DNA from: the human T2T-CHM13v2.0 reference genome, Homo sapiens
DNA: 64,000 bases
NCBI RefSeq assembly: GCF_009914755.1
Contig: NC_060933.1
Strand: one strand, 5' to 3'
Of this stretch, positions 14,601-29,600 are shown piece by piece (the first letter of the stretch is position 1; each line of letters opens with the position of its first letter). The notes beneath the pieces are model-generated. The model saw nothing but the letters and a program-made list of their open reading frames with translations, did not search any database and was not told the DNA's origin. Made by a program: the position numbers and the translations under genes.

Positions 14601-17600
14601 CAACCCGAGTGCAATCGAATGGAATCGAATGGAATGGAATGCAATGGAATGGATTCAACTTGAATGGAATGGAAAGAATGGAATCAACACGAGTGGAATG
14701 GCATGGTTTGGAATAGGAATGGAATGGAATCAACCCGAGTACAGGGGAATGGAATGGAATGGAATGCAATGGAATGGAATCATCCGTAATGGAATGGAAG
14801 GGAATGGAATGGAATGGAATGGAATGGAATGGAATGTTAGGGAATGGAATCAACTCGATTGCAATCGAATGGAATGGAATGGAATTAACCCGAATAGAAT
14901 GGAATGGAATGGAATGGAACGGAACGGAACGGAACGCAATGGAATGGAATGGAATGGAATGGAATGGAACGGAACGGAACGGAATGGAATGGAATGGAAT
15001 GGAATGGAATGGAATGGAATCAACGCGAGTGCAGGGGAATGGAATGGAATGGAATGCAATGGAATGGAATCTTCCGGAATGGAATGGAATGGAATGGAAT
15101 GGAATGAAATGCAATGGATTCAACTCGATTGCAATGGAATGGAATAGAATGGAATGGAATGGAATAGAATGGAATTAATCCGAATAGAATGGAATGGAAT
15201 GGAATGGAACGGATTGGAACGGAATGGAATGGAATGGAATGGAATGGAATGGTATGGAATGGAATGGAATGGTACAGAATAGAATGGAATGGAACGAATT
15301 GTAATGGAATGGAATTGAATGGAATGGAATGGAATGGAATGGAATCAACGCGAGTGCAGGGGAAAGTAATGGAACGGAATGCAATGGAATGGAATCATCC
15401 GGAATGGAATGGAATGGAATGGAATGGAATGGAATCAACCCGAGAGCAATGGAATGGAGTGGAATGGAATGGAATGGAATGGAACAACCCGAATGGAATG
15501 GAATGTAATGGAGAGTAAGGGAGTTGAATAGAATCAATCCGAATGTAATGGAATGGAATGCAACGGAATGGAATGGAATGGAATGGAATGGAATGCAACG
15601 GAATTGAATCAACCCGAGTACAATGGAATGGAATGGAATGGAATGGAATGGAATGGAATGGAATGGAATGATACGGAATAGAATGGAGTGGAACGAAATG
15701 GAACGGAATGGAATGGAATGGAATGGAATGGAATGGAATGGAATGGAATGGAATCGTTCCGAGTGGAATAGGAGGGAATGTATTCGAGTGGAATGGAAAG
15801 GAATGGTATCAACCAGAGTGTAATGGAAGGGAATGGAATGGAATGGAATCTAATAGAATGGAATCAACCCGAGTGGAATGGAATGGAAAGGACTGGAATG
15901 GAATGGAATGGAATGGAATCAACTCGATTGTAATGGAATGGAATGGAATGGAATGCAATGGAATGGAATTAACCCGAATACAATGGAATGGAATGGAATG
16001 GAACGGAATGGAGTGGAATGGAATGGAATCAACCCGAGTGCAGGAGAATGGAATGGAATGCAATGAAAAGGAATGGAATCATCCGGAATGGAATGGAATG
16101 GAATGGAATGCAAAGCAATGGAATCAACTCGATTGCAATGGAATGGAATGGAATGGAAAGGAATACATTGGAATCAACCCGAGTGGAATGGAATGGAAAG
16201 GACTGGAATGGAGTGGAATGGAATGGAATGGAATGGAATGGAATCAACTCGATTGGAATGGAATGGAATGGAATGGAATGGAATTAATCCGAATAGAATG
16301 GAATGGAATGGAATGGAACGGAACGGAATGGAATGGAATGGAATGGAATGGAATGGAATCAACCCGAGTGCAATGGAATGGAGTGGAATGGAATGGAATG
16401 GAATAGAACAACCCGAATGGAATGGAATGTAATGGAGAGTAAGGGAGTTGAATAGAATCAATCCGAATGTAATGGAATGGAATGGAACGGAATGGAATTG
16501 AATGGAATGGAATGGAATGGAATCAACCCGAGTGCAATGGAATGGAGAGGAATGGAATGGAATGGAATCGAAACTACCCGAATGGAATGGAATGTAATGG
16601 AGTGTAAGGGAATTGAATAGAATCAATCCGAATGTAATAGAATGGAATGGAACGGAATGGAATGGAATGGAATGGAATGGAATGGAATGGAATGGAATGG
16701 AATGGAATGCAATGGAATGGAATCAACCCGAGTGCAATCGAATGGAATCGAATGGAATGGAATGCAACGGAATGGATTCAACTTGAATGGAATGGAAAGA
16801 ATGGAATCAACACGAGTGGAATGGCATGGATTGGAATGGAATGGAATGGAATCAACCCGAGTACAGGGGAATGGAATGGAATGGAATGCAATGGAATGGA
16901 ATCATCCGGAATGGAATGGAAAGGAATGGAATGGAATGGAATGGAATGGAATGGAATGGAATGGAATGGAATCAACTCGATTGCAATCGAATGGAATGGA
17001 ATGGAATTAACCCGAATACAATGGAATGGAATGGAATGGAACGGAACGGAATGGAATGGAATGGAATGGAACGGTACGGAATGGAATGAGATGGAATGGC
17101 ATGGAATGGAATCAACGCGAGTGCAGGGGAATGGAATGGAATGGAATGCAATGGAATGGATTCAACCTGAATGGAATGGAAACAACGGAATTAACACGAG
17201 TGGAATGGCATGGATTGGAATGGAATGGAATGGAATCAACCCGAGTACATGGGAATGGAATGGAATGGAATGCAATGGAATGGAATCATCCGTAATGGAA
17301 TGGAAAGGAATGGAATGGAATGGAATGGAATGGAATAGAATGGAATGGAATCAACTCGATTGCAATCGAATGGAATGGAATGGAATTAACCCGAATAGAA
17401 TGGAATGGAATGGAATGGAACGGAACGGAACGGAATGGAATGGATTGGAATGGAATGGAATGGAATGGAATGGAATCAACGCGAGTGCAGGGGAATGGAA
17501 TGGAATGGAATGCAATGGAATGGAACAACCCGAATGGAATGGAATGTAATGGAGAGTAAGGGAGTTGAATAGAATCAATCCGAATGTAATGGAATGGAAT

Positions 17601-20600
17601 GGAACGGAATGGAATTGAATGGAATGGAATGGAATGGAATCAACCCGAGTGCAATGGAATGGAGAGGAATGGAATGGAATGGAATGGAAACTACCCGAAT
17701 GGAATGGAATGTAATGGAGTGTAAGGGAATTGAATAGAATCAATCCGAATGTAATGGAATGGAATGGAACGGAATGGAATGGAATGGAATGGAATGGAAT
17801 GGAATGGAATGGAATGCAATGGAATGCAATCAACCCGAGTGCAATCGAATGGAATCCAATGGAATGGAAGGCAATGGAATGGATTCAACTTGAATGGAAT
17901 GGAAAGAATGGAATCAAGACTAGTGGAATGGCATGGATTGGAATGGAATGGAATGGAATCAACCCGAGTACAGGGGAATGGAATGGAATGGAATGCAATG
18001 GAATGGAATCATCCGTAATGGAATGGAAAGGAATGGAATGGAATGGAATGGAATGGAATGGAATGGAATGGAATGGAATCAACTCGATTGCAATCGAATG
18101 GAATGGAATGGAATTAACCCGAATAGAATGGAATGGAATGGAATGGAACGGAACGGAACGGAACGGAACGGAGTGGAATGGAATGGAATGGAATTGTATG
18201 GAATGGAATGGCATGGTACGGAATAGAATGGAATGGAAACAATTGGAATGGAATGGAATCGAATGGAATGGAATGGAATGGAATGGAATCAACCCGAGTG
18301 CAGGGGAATGTAATGGAACGGAATGCAATGGAATGGAATCATCCGGAATGGAATGGAATGGAATTGAATGGAATGGAATGGAATGGAATGCAATGGAATG
18401 GAATCAACCCGAGTACAATGGAACGGAATGGAATGGAATGTAATGGAATGGAATGGAATGGAATGGAATGGAATGGAATGGAATCAACCCGAGTGCAATG
18501 GAATGGAGAGGAATGGAATGGAATGGAATGGAAACTACCCGAATGGAATGGAATGTAATGGAGTGTAAGGGAATTGAATAGAATCAATCCGAATGGAATG
18601 GAATGGAATGGAACGGAATGTAATGGAATGGAATGGAATGGAATCAACCCGAATGCAGGGGAATGGAATGGAATGGAATGGAATGGAATGGAATGGAATG
18701 GAATGGAATGGAATGGTATGGAATGGAATGGAATGGTACGGAATAGAATAAAATGGAACGAATTGTAATGGAATGGAATGGAATGGAATGGAATGGAATC
18801 AACGCGAGTGCAGGGGAATGTAATGGAACGGAATGCAATGGAATGGAATCATCCGGAATGGAATGGAATGGAATGCAATGGAATGGAATGGATTGGAATC
18901 AACCCGAGTGCAATGGAATGGAGTGAAATGGAATGGAATGGAAACAACCAGAATGGATTGGAATATAATGGAGTTTAAGGGAATTGAAAAGAATCAATCT
19001 GAATGTAATGAAATGGAATGGAACGGAATGGAATGGAATGGAATGCAATGGAATGGAATGCAATGGAATGGAATCAACCCGAGTGAAATCGAATGGAATC
19101 GAATGCAATGGAATGCAATGGAATGGATTCAACTTGAATGGAAAGGAAAGAATGGAATCAACACGAGTGGAAAGGCATGGATTGGAATGGAATGGAATGG
19201 AATCAACCCGAGTACAGGGGAATGGAATGGAATGGAATGGAATGTAATGGAATGGAATCATCAGTAATGGAATGGAAAGGAATGGAAAGGACTGGAATGG
19301 AATGGAATGGAATGGAATGGAATGGAATGGAATCAACTCGATTTCAATCGAATGGAATGGAATGGAATTAATCCGAATAGAATGGAATGGAATGGAATGG
19401 AACGGAACGGAACGGAATGGAATGGAATGGAATGGAATGGAACGGAAAGGAATGGAATGGAATGGAATGGAATGGAATGGAATGGAATGGAATCAACGCG
19501 AGTGCAGGGGAATGGAATGGAATCGAATGGAATGGAAAGGAATGGAATGGAATCAACCCGAGTGCAGGGGAATGTAATGGAACGGAATGCAATGGAATGG
19601 AATCATCCGGAATGGAATGGAATGGAATGGAATGGAATCAACCCGAGTGCAATGGAATGGAGTGGAATGGAATGGAATGGAATGGAACAACCCGAATGGA
19701 ATGGAATGTAATGGAGAGTAAGGGAGTTGAAAAGAATCAATCCGAATGGAATGGAACGGAATGGAATGGAATGGAATGGAATGGAATGCAAAGGAATGGA
19801 ATCAACCCGAGTACAATGGAATGGAATGGAATGGAATGGAACGGAATGGAATGGAATGGAATGGAATGGAATGCAATGGAATGGAATCTTCCGGAATGGA
19901 ATGGAATGGAATGGAATGCAATGGATTCAACTCGATTGCAATGGAATGGAATAGAATGGAATGGCGTGGAATGGAATGGAATGGAATTAAACCGAATAGA
20001 ATGGAATGGAATGGAATGGAACGGAACAGAACGGAACGGAACGGAACGGAGTGGAATGGAATGGAATGGAATTGTATGGAATGGAATGGAATGGTACGGA
20101 ATAGAATGGAATGGAAAGAATTGGAATGGAATGGTATCGAATGGAATGGAATGGAATGGAATGGAATCAACCCGAGTGCAGGGGAATGTAATGGAACGGA
20201 ATGCAATGGAATGGAATCATCCGTAATGGAATGGAATGGAATGGAATGGAATGGAATCAACCCGAGCGCAATGGAATGGAGTGGAATGGAATGGAATGGA
20301 ATGGAACAACCCGAATGGAATGGAATGTAATGGAGAGTAAGGGAGTTGAATAGAATCAATCCGAATGTAATGGAATGGAATGGAACGGAATTGAATGGAA
20401 TGGAATGGAATGGAATGCAATGGAATGGAATCAACCCGAGGTCAATGGAATGGAGAGGAATGGAATGGAATGGAATGGAAACTACACGAATGGAATGGAA
20501 TGTAATGGAGTGTAAGGGAATTGAATAGAATCAATCCGAATGTAATGGAATGGAATGGAACGGATTGGAATGGAATGGAATGGAATGGAATGGAATGGAA

Positions 20601-23600
20601 TGCAATGGAATGGAATCAACCCGAGTGCAATCAAATGGAATCGAATGGAATGGAATGCAATGGAATGGATTCAACTTGAATGGAATGGAAAGAATGGAAT
20701 CAACACGAGTGGAATGGCATGGATTGGAACGGAATGGGATGGAATCAACCCGAGTACAGGGGAATGGAATGGAATGGAATGCAATGGAATGGAATCATCC
20801 GTAATGGAATGGAAAGGAATGGAATGGAATGGAATGGAATGGAATGGAATGGAATGGAATCAACTCGATTGCAATCGAATGGAATGGAATGGAATTAACC
20901 CGAATAGAATGGAATGGAATGGAATGGAACGGAACGGAATGGAATGGAATGGAATGGAATGGAACGGAAAGGAAGGGAATGGAATGGAATAGAATGGAAT
21001 GGAATGGAATTGAATCAACGCGAGTGCAGGGGAATGGAATGGAATGTAATGCAATGGAATGGAATCTTCCGGAATGGAATGGAATGGAATGGAATGGAAT
21101 GGAATGGAATGGAATCAACCCGAGTGCAATGGAATGGAGTGGAATGGAATGGAATGGAATGGAACAACCCGAATGGAATGGAATGTAATGGAGAGTAAGG
21201 GAGTTGAATAGAATCAATCCGAATGTAATGGAATGGAATGGAACGGAATGGAATTGAATGGAATGGAATGGAATGCAATGGAATGGAATCAACCCGAGTG
21301 CAATGGAATGGAGAGGAATGGAATGCAATGGAATGGAAACTACCCGAATGGAATGGAATGTAATGGAGTGTAAGGGAATTGAATAGAATCAATCCGAATG
21401 TAATGGAATGGAATGGAATGGAACGGAACGGAATGGAATGGAATGGAATGGAATGGAATGGAATGCAATGGAATGGAATCAACCCGAGTGCAATCAAATG
21501 GAATCGAATGGAATGGAATGCAAAGGAATGGATTCAACTTGAATGGAATGGAAAAAATGGAATGAACACGAGTGGAATGGCATGGATTGGAATGGAATGG
21601 AATGGAATCAACCCGAGTACAGGGGAATGGAATGGAATGGAATGCAATGGAATGGAATCATCCGTAATGGAATGGAAAGGAATGGAATGGAATGGAATGG
21701 AATGGAATGGAATGGAATCAACCCGACTGCAATGGAATGGAGTGGAATGGAATGGAATGGAATGGAACAACCCGAATGGAATGGAATGTAATGGAGAGTA
21801 AGGGAGTTGAATAGAATCAATCCGAATGTAATGGAATGGAACGGAATGTAATGGAATGGAATGGAATGGAATGGAAAGGAATGGAATGCAATGGAATGGA
21901 ATCAACCCGAGTACAATGGAATGGAATGCAATGGAATGGAATGGAATGGAATGGAATGGAATGGAATCCACCCGAGTGCAAAGGAATGGAGAGGAATGGA
22001 ATGGAATGGAATGGAAACTACCCGAATGGAATGGAATGTAATCGAGTGTAAGGGAATTGAATAGAATCAATCCGAATGGAATGGAATGGAATGGAACGGA
22101 ATGTAATGTAATGGAATGGAATGGAATCAACCCAAGTGCAGGGGAATGGAATGGAATGGAATGCAATGGAATGGAATCATCCGGAATGGAATGTAATGGA
22201 ATGCAATGGAATGGAATGGAATGGAATCAACCCGAGTGCAATGGAATGGAGTGAAATGGAATGGAATGGAATGGAAACAACCAGAATGGATTGGAATATA
22301 ATGGAGTGTAAGGGAATTGAATAGAATCAATCTGAATGTAATGAAATGGAATGTAACGGAATGGAATGGAATGCAATGGAATGGAATGGAATGGAATGCA
22401 ATGGAATGGAATCAACCCGAGTGCAATCGAATGGAATCGAATGGAATGGAATGCAATGGAATGGATTCAACTTGAATGGAATGGAAAGAATGGAATCAAC
22501 ACGAGTGGAATGGCATGCATTGGAATGGAATGGAATGGAATCAACCCGAGTACAGGGGAATGGAATGGAATGGAATGCAATGGAATGGAATCATCCGTAA
22601 TGGAATGGAAAGGAATGGAATGGAATGGAATGGAATGGAATGGAATGGAATCAACTCGATTGCAGTCGAATGGAATGGAATGGAATTAACCCGAATAGAA
22701 TGGAATGGAATGGAATGGAACAGAACGGAACGGAACGGAACGGAATGGAATGGAATGGAATGGAATGGAATGGAACGGAAAGGAATGGAATGGAATGGAA
22801 TGGAATGGAATGGAACGGAATGGAATGGAATGGAATCAACGCGAGTGCAGGGGAATGGAATGGAATGGAATGCAATGGAATGGAATCTTCCGGAATGGAA
22901 TGGAATGGAATGGAATGGAATGGAATGGAATGGAATAAACCCGAGTGCAATGGAATGGAGTGGAATGGAATGGAATGGAATGGAACAACCCGAATGGAAT
23001 GGAATGTAATGGAGAGTAAGGGAGTTGAATAGAATCAATCCGAATGTAATGGAATGGAATGGAAAGGAATCGAGTTGAATGGAATGGAATGGAATGCAAT
23101 GTAATGGAATCAACCCGAGTGCAATGGAATGGAGAGGAATGGAATGGAATGGAATGGAAACTACCCGAATGGAATGGAATGTAATGGAGTGTAAGGGAAT
23201 TGAATAGAATCGATCCGAATGTAATGGAATGGAATGGAACGGAACGGAATGGAATGGAATGGAATGGAATGGAATGCAATGGAATGGAATCAACCCGAGT
23301 GCAATCGAATGGAATCGAATGAAATGGAATGCAATGGAATGGATTCAACTTGAATGGAATGGAAAGAATGGAATCAACACGAGTGGAAGGGCATGGATTG
23401 GAATGCAATGGAATGGAATCAACCTGAGTACAGGGGAATGGAATGGAATGGAATGCAATGGAATGGAATCATCCGTAATGGAATGGAAAGGAATGGAATG
23501 GAATGGAATGGAATGGAATGGAATGGAATGGAATCAACTCGATTTCAATCGAATGGAATGGAATGGAATTAACCCAAATAGAATGGAATGGAATGGAATG

Positions 23601-26600
23601 GAACGGAACGGAATGGAATGGAATGGAATGGAATGGAATGGAATGGAATGGAACGGAACGGAACGGAACGGAATGGAATGGAATGGAATGGAATGGAATG
23701 GAACGGAACGGAACGGAATGGAATGGAATGGAATGGAATGGAATGGAATGGAATGTAATCAACCCGCCTGCAGGGGAATGGAATGGAATGGAATGCAATG
23801 GAATGGAATCAACTTGAATGGAATGGAAAGAATGGAATCAACACGAGTGGAATGGCATGGATTGGAATGGAATGGAATGGAATGAACCCGAGTACAGGGG
23901 AATGGAATGGAATGGAATGCAATGGAATGGAATCATCCGGAATGGAATGGAATGGAATGGAATGGAATGGAATGGAATGGAATCAACTCGATTGCAATCG
24001 AATGGAATGGAATGGAATTAACCCGAATAGAATGGAATGGAATGGAATGGAACGGAACGGAACAGAATGGAATGGAATGGAATGGAATGGAATGGAATGG
24101 AATGGAACGGAAAGGAATGGAATGGAATGGAATGGAATGGAATGGAATGGAATCAACGCGAGTACAGGGGAATGGAATGGAATGGAATGCAATGGAATGG
24201 AATCTTCCGGAATGGAATGGAATGGAATGGAATGGAATGGAATGGAATAAACCCGAGTGCAATGGAATGGACTGGAATGGAATGGAATGGAATGGAACAG
24301 CCCGAATGGAATGGAATGTAATGGAGAGTAAGGGAGTTGAATAGAATCAATCCGAATGTAATGGAATGGAATGGAACGGAATGGAATTGAATGGAATGGA
24401 ATGGAATGCAATGGAATGGAATCAACCCGAGTGCAATGGAATGGAGAGGAATGGAATGGAATGGAATGGAAACTACCCGAATGGAATGGAATGTAATGGA
24501 GTGTAAGGGAATTGAATAGAATCAATCCGAATGTAATGGAATGGAATGGAATGGAATGGAATGCAATGGAATGGAATCAACCCGAGTGCAATCGAATGGA
24601 ATCGAATGGAATGGAATGCAATGGAATGGATTCAACTTGAATGGAATGGAAAGAATGGAATCAACACGAGTGGAAGGGCATGGATTAGAATGCAATGGAA
24701 TGGAATCAACCCGAGTACAGGGGAATGGAATGGAATGGAATGCAATGGAATGGAATCAACACGATTGCAATCGAATGGAATGGAATGGAATTAACCCGAA
24801 TAGAATGGAATGGAATGGAATGGAAGGGAACGGAATTGAATGGAATGGAATCAACCCGAGTGCAGGGGAATGGAATGGAATGGAATGCAATGGAATGGAA
24901 TCATCCGGAATGGAATGGAATGGAATGGAATGCAAAGCAATGGAATCAACTCGATTGCAATGGAATGGAATTGAATGGAAAGGAATACATTGGAATCAAC
25001 CCGAGTGGAATGGAATGGAAAGGACTGGAATGGAGTGGAATGTAATGGAATGGAATGGAATGGAATCAACTCGTTTGGAATGGAATGGAATGGAATGGAA
25101 TGGAATGGAATTAACCCGAATAGAATGGAATGGAATGGAATGGAACGGAACGGAACGAAATGGAATGGAATGGAATGGAATGGAATGGAATGGAATGGAA
25201 TCAACCCGACTGCAGGGGAATGGAATGGAATGGAATGCAATGGAATGGATTCAACTTGAATGGAATGGAAAGAATGGAATCAACACGAGTGGAATGGCAT
25301 GGATTGGAATGGAATGGAATGGAATCAACCCGAGTACAGGGGAATGGAATGGAATGGAATGCAATGGAATGGAATCATCCGTAATGGAATGGAAAGGAAT
25401 GGAATGGAATGGAATGGAATGGAATGGAATCAACTCGATTGCAGTCGAATGGAATGGAATGGAATTAACCCGAATAGAATGGAATGGAATGGAATGGAAC
25501 GGAACGGAACGGAACGGAACGGAATGGAATGGAATGGAATGGAATGGAACGGAATGGAATGGAATGGAACGGAAAGGAATGGAATGGAATGGAATGGAAT
25601 GGAATGGAATGGAATGGAATCAACGCGAGTGCAGGGGAATGGAATGGAATGGAATGGAATTGAATGGAATGGAATCAACGCGAGTGCAGGGGAATGGAAT
25701 GGAATGGAATGCAATGGAATGGAATCTTCCTGAATGGAATGGAATGGAATGGAATGGAATGGAATGGAATGGAATAAACCCGAGTGCAATGGAATGGAGT
25801 GGAATGGAATGGAATGGAATGGAACAACCCGAATGGAATTGAATGTAATGGAGAGTAAGGGAGTTGAATAGAATCAATCCGAATGTAATGGAATGGAATG
25901 GAAAGGAATCGAGTTGAATGGAATGGAATGGAATGCAATGGAATGGAATCAACCCGAGTGCAATGGAATGGAGAGGAATGGAATGGAATGGAATGGAAAC
26001 TACCCGAATGGAATGGAATGTAATGGAGTGTAAGGGAATTGAATAGAATCAATCCGAATGTAATGGAATGGAATGGAACGGAATGGAATGGAATGGAATG
26101 GAATGGAATGGAATGGAATGCAATGGAATGGAATCAACCCGAGTGCAATCGAATGGAATCGAATGGAATGGAATGCAATGGAATGGATTCAACTTGAATG
26201 GAATGGAAAGAATGGAATCAACACGAGTGGAAGGGCATGGATTGGAATGCAATGGAATGGAATCAACCTGAGTACAGGGGAATGGAATGGAATGGAATGC
26301 AATGGAATGGAATCATCCGTAATGGAATGGAAAGGAATGGAATGGAATGGAATGGAATGGAATGGAATGGAATGGAATCAACTCGATTGCAATCGAATGG
26401 AATGGAATGGAATTAACCCAAATAGAATGGAATGGAATGGAATGGAACGGAACGGAATGGAATGGAATGGAATGGAATGGAATGGAATGGAATGGAACGG
26501 AACGGAACGGAATGGAATGGAATGGAATGGAATGGAATGGAATGGAATCAACGCGAGTGCAGGGGAATGGAATGGAATGGAATGCAATGGAATGGAATCT

Positions 26601-29600
26601 TCCGGAATGGAATGGAATGGAATGGAATGGAATGGAATGGAATGGAATCAACCCGAGTGCAATGGAATGGAGTGGAATGGAATGGAATGGAATGGAACAA
26701 CCCGAATGGAATGGAATGTAATGGAGAGTAATGGAGTTGAATAGAATCAATCCGAATGTAATGGAATGGAATGGAACGGAATGGAATTGAATGGAATGGA
26801 ATGGAATGCAATGGAATGGAATCAACCCGAGTTCAATGGAATGGAGAGGAATGGAATGGAATGGAATGGAAATTACCCTAATGGAATGTAATGTAATGGA
26901 GTGTAAGGGAATTGAATAGAATCAATCCGAATGTAATGGAATGGAATGGAACAGAATGGAATGGAATGGAATGGAATGGAATGGAATGGAATGCAATGGA
27001 ATGGAATCACCCCGAGTGCAATCGAATGGAATCGAATGGAATGGAATGCAATGGAATGGATTCAACTTGAATGGAATGGAAAGAATGGAATCAACACGAG
27101 TGGAATGGCATGGATTGGAATGGAATGGAATGGAATCAACCCGAGTACAGGGGAATGGAATGGAATGGAATGCAATGGAATGGAATCATCCGTAATGGAA
27201 TGGAAAGGAATGGAATGGAATGGAATGGAATGGAATGGAATGGAATGGAATGGAATGGAATGGAATCAACCCGAGTGCAGGGGAATGGAATGGAATGCAA
27301 TGGAATGGAATGGAATGGAATGGAGTGGAATGGAATGGAATCAACCCGAGTGCAGGGGAATGGAATGGAATGGAATGCAATGGAATGGAATCATCCGGAA
27401 TGGAATGGAATGGAATGGAATGCAAAGCAATGGAATCAACTCGATTGCAATGGAATGGAATGGAATAGAAAGGAATACATTGGAATCAACCCGAGTTGAA
27501 TGGAATGGAAAGGACTGGAATGGAGTGGAATGGAATGGAATGCAATGGAATGGAATGGAATGGAATCAACTTGATTGGAATGGAATGGAATGGAATGGAA
27601 TGGAATGGAATGGAATGGAATCAACCCGACTGCAGGGGAATGGAATGGAATGGAATGCAATGGAATGGATTCAACTTGAATGGAATGGAAAGAATGGAAT
27701 CAACACGAGTGGAATGGCATGGATTGGAATGGAATGGAATGGAATCAACCCGAGTACAGGGGAATGGAATGGAATGGAATGCAATGGAATGGAATCATCT
27801 GTAATGGAATGGAAAGGAATGGAATGGAATGGAATGGAATGGAATGGAATGGAATCAACTCGATTGCAATCGAATGGAATGGAATGGAATTAACCCGAAT
27901 AGAATGGAATGGAATGGAATGGAACGGAACGGAATGGAATGGAATGGAATGGAATGGAATGGAACGGAACGGAATGGAATGGAATGGAATGGAATGGAAT
28001 GCAATGGAATGGAATCAACCTGAGTGCAATCGAATGGAATCGAATGGAATGGAATGCAATGGAATGGATTCAACTTGAATGGAATGGAAAGAATGGAATC
28101 AACACGAGTGGAATGACATGGATTGGAATGGAATGGAATGGAATGAACCCGAGTACAGGGGAATGGAAGGGAATGGAATGCAATGGAATGGAATCATCCG
28201 GAATGGAATGGAATGGAATGGAATGGAATGGAATGGAATGGAATCAACTCGATTGCAATCGAATGGAATGGAATGGAATTAACCCGAATAGAATGGAATG
28301 GAATGGAATGGAACGGAACGGAACAGAATGGAATGGAATGGAATGGAATGGAATGGAATGGAATGGAACGGAAAGGAAAGGAATGGAATGGAATGGAATG
28401 GAATGGAATGGAATGGAATGGAATGGAATCAACGCGAGCGCAGGGGAATGGAATGGAATGGAATGCAATGGAATGGAATCTTCCGGAATGGAATGGAATG
28501 GAATGGAATGGAATGGAATGGAATGGAATGGAATAAACCAGAGTGCAATGGAATGGAGTGGAATGGAATGGAATGGAATGGAATGGAACAGCCCGAATGG
28601 AATGGAATGTAATGGAGAGTAAGGGAGTTGAATAGAATCAATCCGAATGTAATGGAATGGAATGGAACGGAATGGAATTGAATGGAATGGAATGGAATGC
28701 AATGGAATGGAATCAACCCGAGTGCAATGGAATGGAGAGGAATGGAATGGAATGGAATGGAAACTACCCGAATGGAATGGAATGTAATGGAGTGTAAGGG
28801 AATTGAATAGAATCAATCCGAATGGAATGGAATGGAATGGAATGGAATGGAATGCAATGGAATGGAATCAACCCGAGTGCAATCGAATGGAATCGAATGG
28901 AATGGAATGCAATGGAATGGATTCAACTTGAATGGAATGGAATGAATGGAATCAACACGAGTGGAAGGGCATGGATTAGAATGCAATGGAATGGAATCAA
29001 CCCGAGTACAGGGGAATGGAATGGAATGGAATGCAATGGAATGGAATCAACACGATTGCAATCGAATGGAATGGAATGGAATTAACCCGAATAGAATGGA
29101 ATGGAATGGAATGGAACGGAACGGAATGGAATGGAATGGAATCAACCCGAGTGCAGGGGAATGGAATGGAATGGAATGCAATGGAATGGAATCATCCGGA
29201 ATGGAATGGAATGGAATGGAATGGAAAGCAATGGAATCAACTCGATTGCAATGGAATGGAATGGAATGGAAAGGAATACATTGGAATCAACCCGAGTGGA
29301 ATGGAATGGAAAGGACTGGAACGGAGTGGAATGTAATGGAATGGAATGGAATGGAATCAACTCGATTGGAATGGAATGGAATGGAATGGAATGGAATGGA
29401 ATTAACCCGAATAGAATGGAATGGAATGGAATGGAACGGAACGGAACGGAATGGAATGGAATGGAATGGAATGGAATGGAATGGAATGGAATGGAATGGA
29501 ATGGAATGGAATCAACCCGACTGCAGGGGAATGGAGTGGAATGGAATGCAATGGAATGGATTCAACTTGAATGGAATGGAAAGAATGGAATCAACACGAG

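Larger units (their letters stand above)
5290..21715 (+). repeat. Recent tandem duplication of an ~8.2 kb unit (~5290-13510 and ~13510-21715)
   Basis: Near-identical ORF pairs at offset 8187-8242: 5409/13626, 6127/14354, 7387/15609, 8410/16642, 10387/18574, 12154/20346, 13187/21379. Confidence 0.95.
1..29600 (+). repeat. Domain A: HSat3 built from an ordered ~0.82-0.94 kb module (often truncated or recombined)
   Basis: Fixed word order: TTCAACTTGA > CAACACGAGT > CAACCCGAGTACAGGGG > CATCCGTAAT > CAACTCGATTGCAATCG > TAACCCGAATAG > GGAAC runs > CAACGCGAGTGCAGGGG > CTTCCGG > GAGAGTAAGGGAGTTGAATAG > AAACTACCCG > GAGTGTAAGGGAATTG. Full-length TTCAACTTGA spacings include ~12478-13341, ~22466-23344, ~26188-27061 and ~28069-28922. 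Confidence 0.85.

Noticed and set aside
24243-24252. AATAAA in GGAATAAACCCGAG as polyadenylation signals
   Set aside because: It arises from a single C>A change in GGAATCAACCC. There is no downstream U/GU-rich element and no evidence of use from sequence alone.
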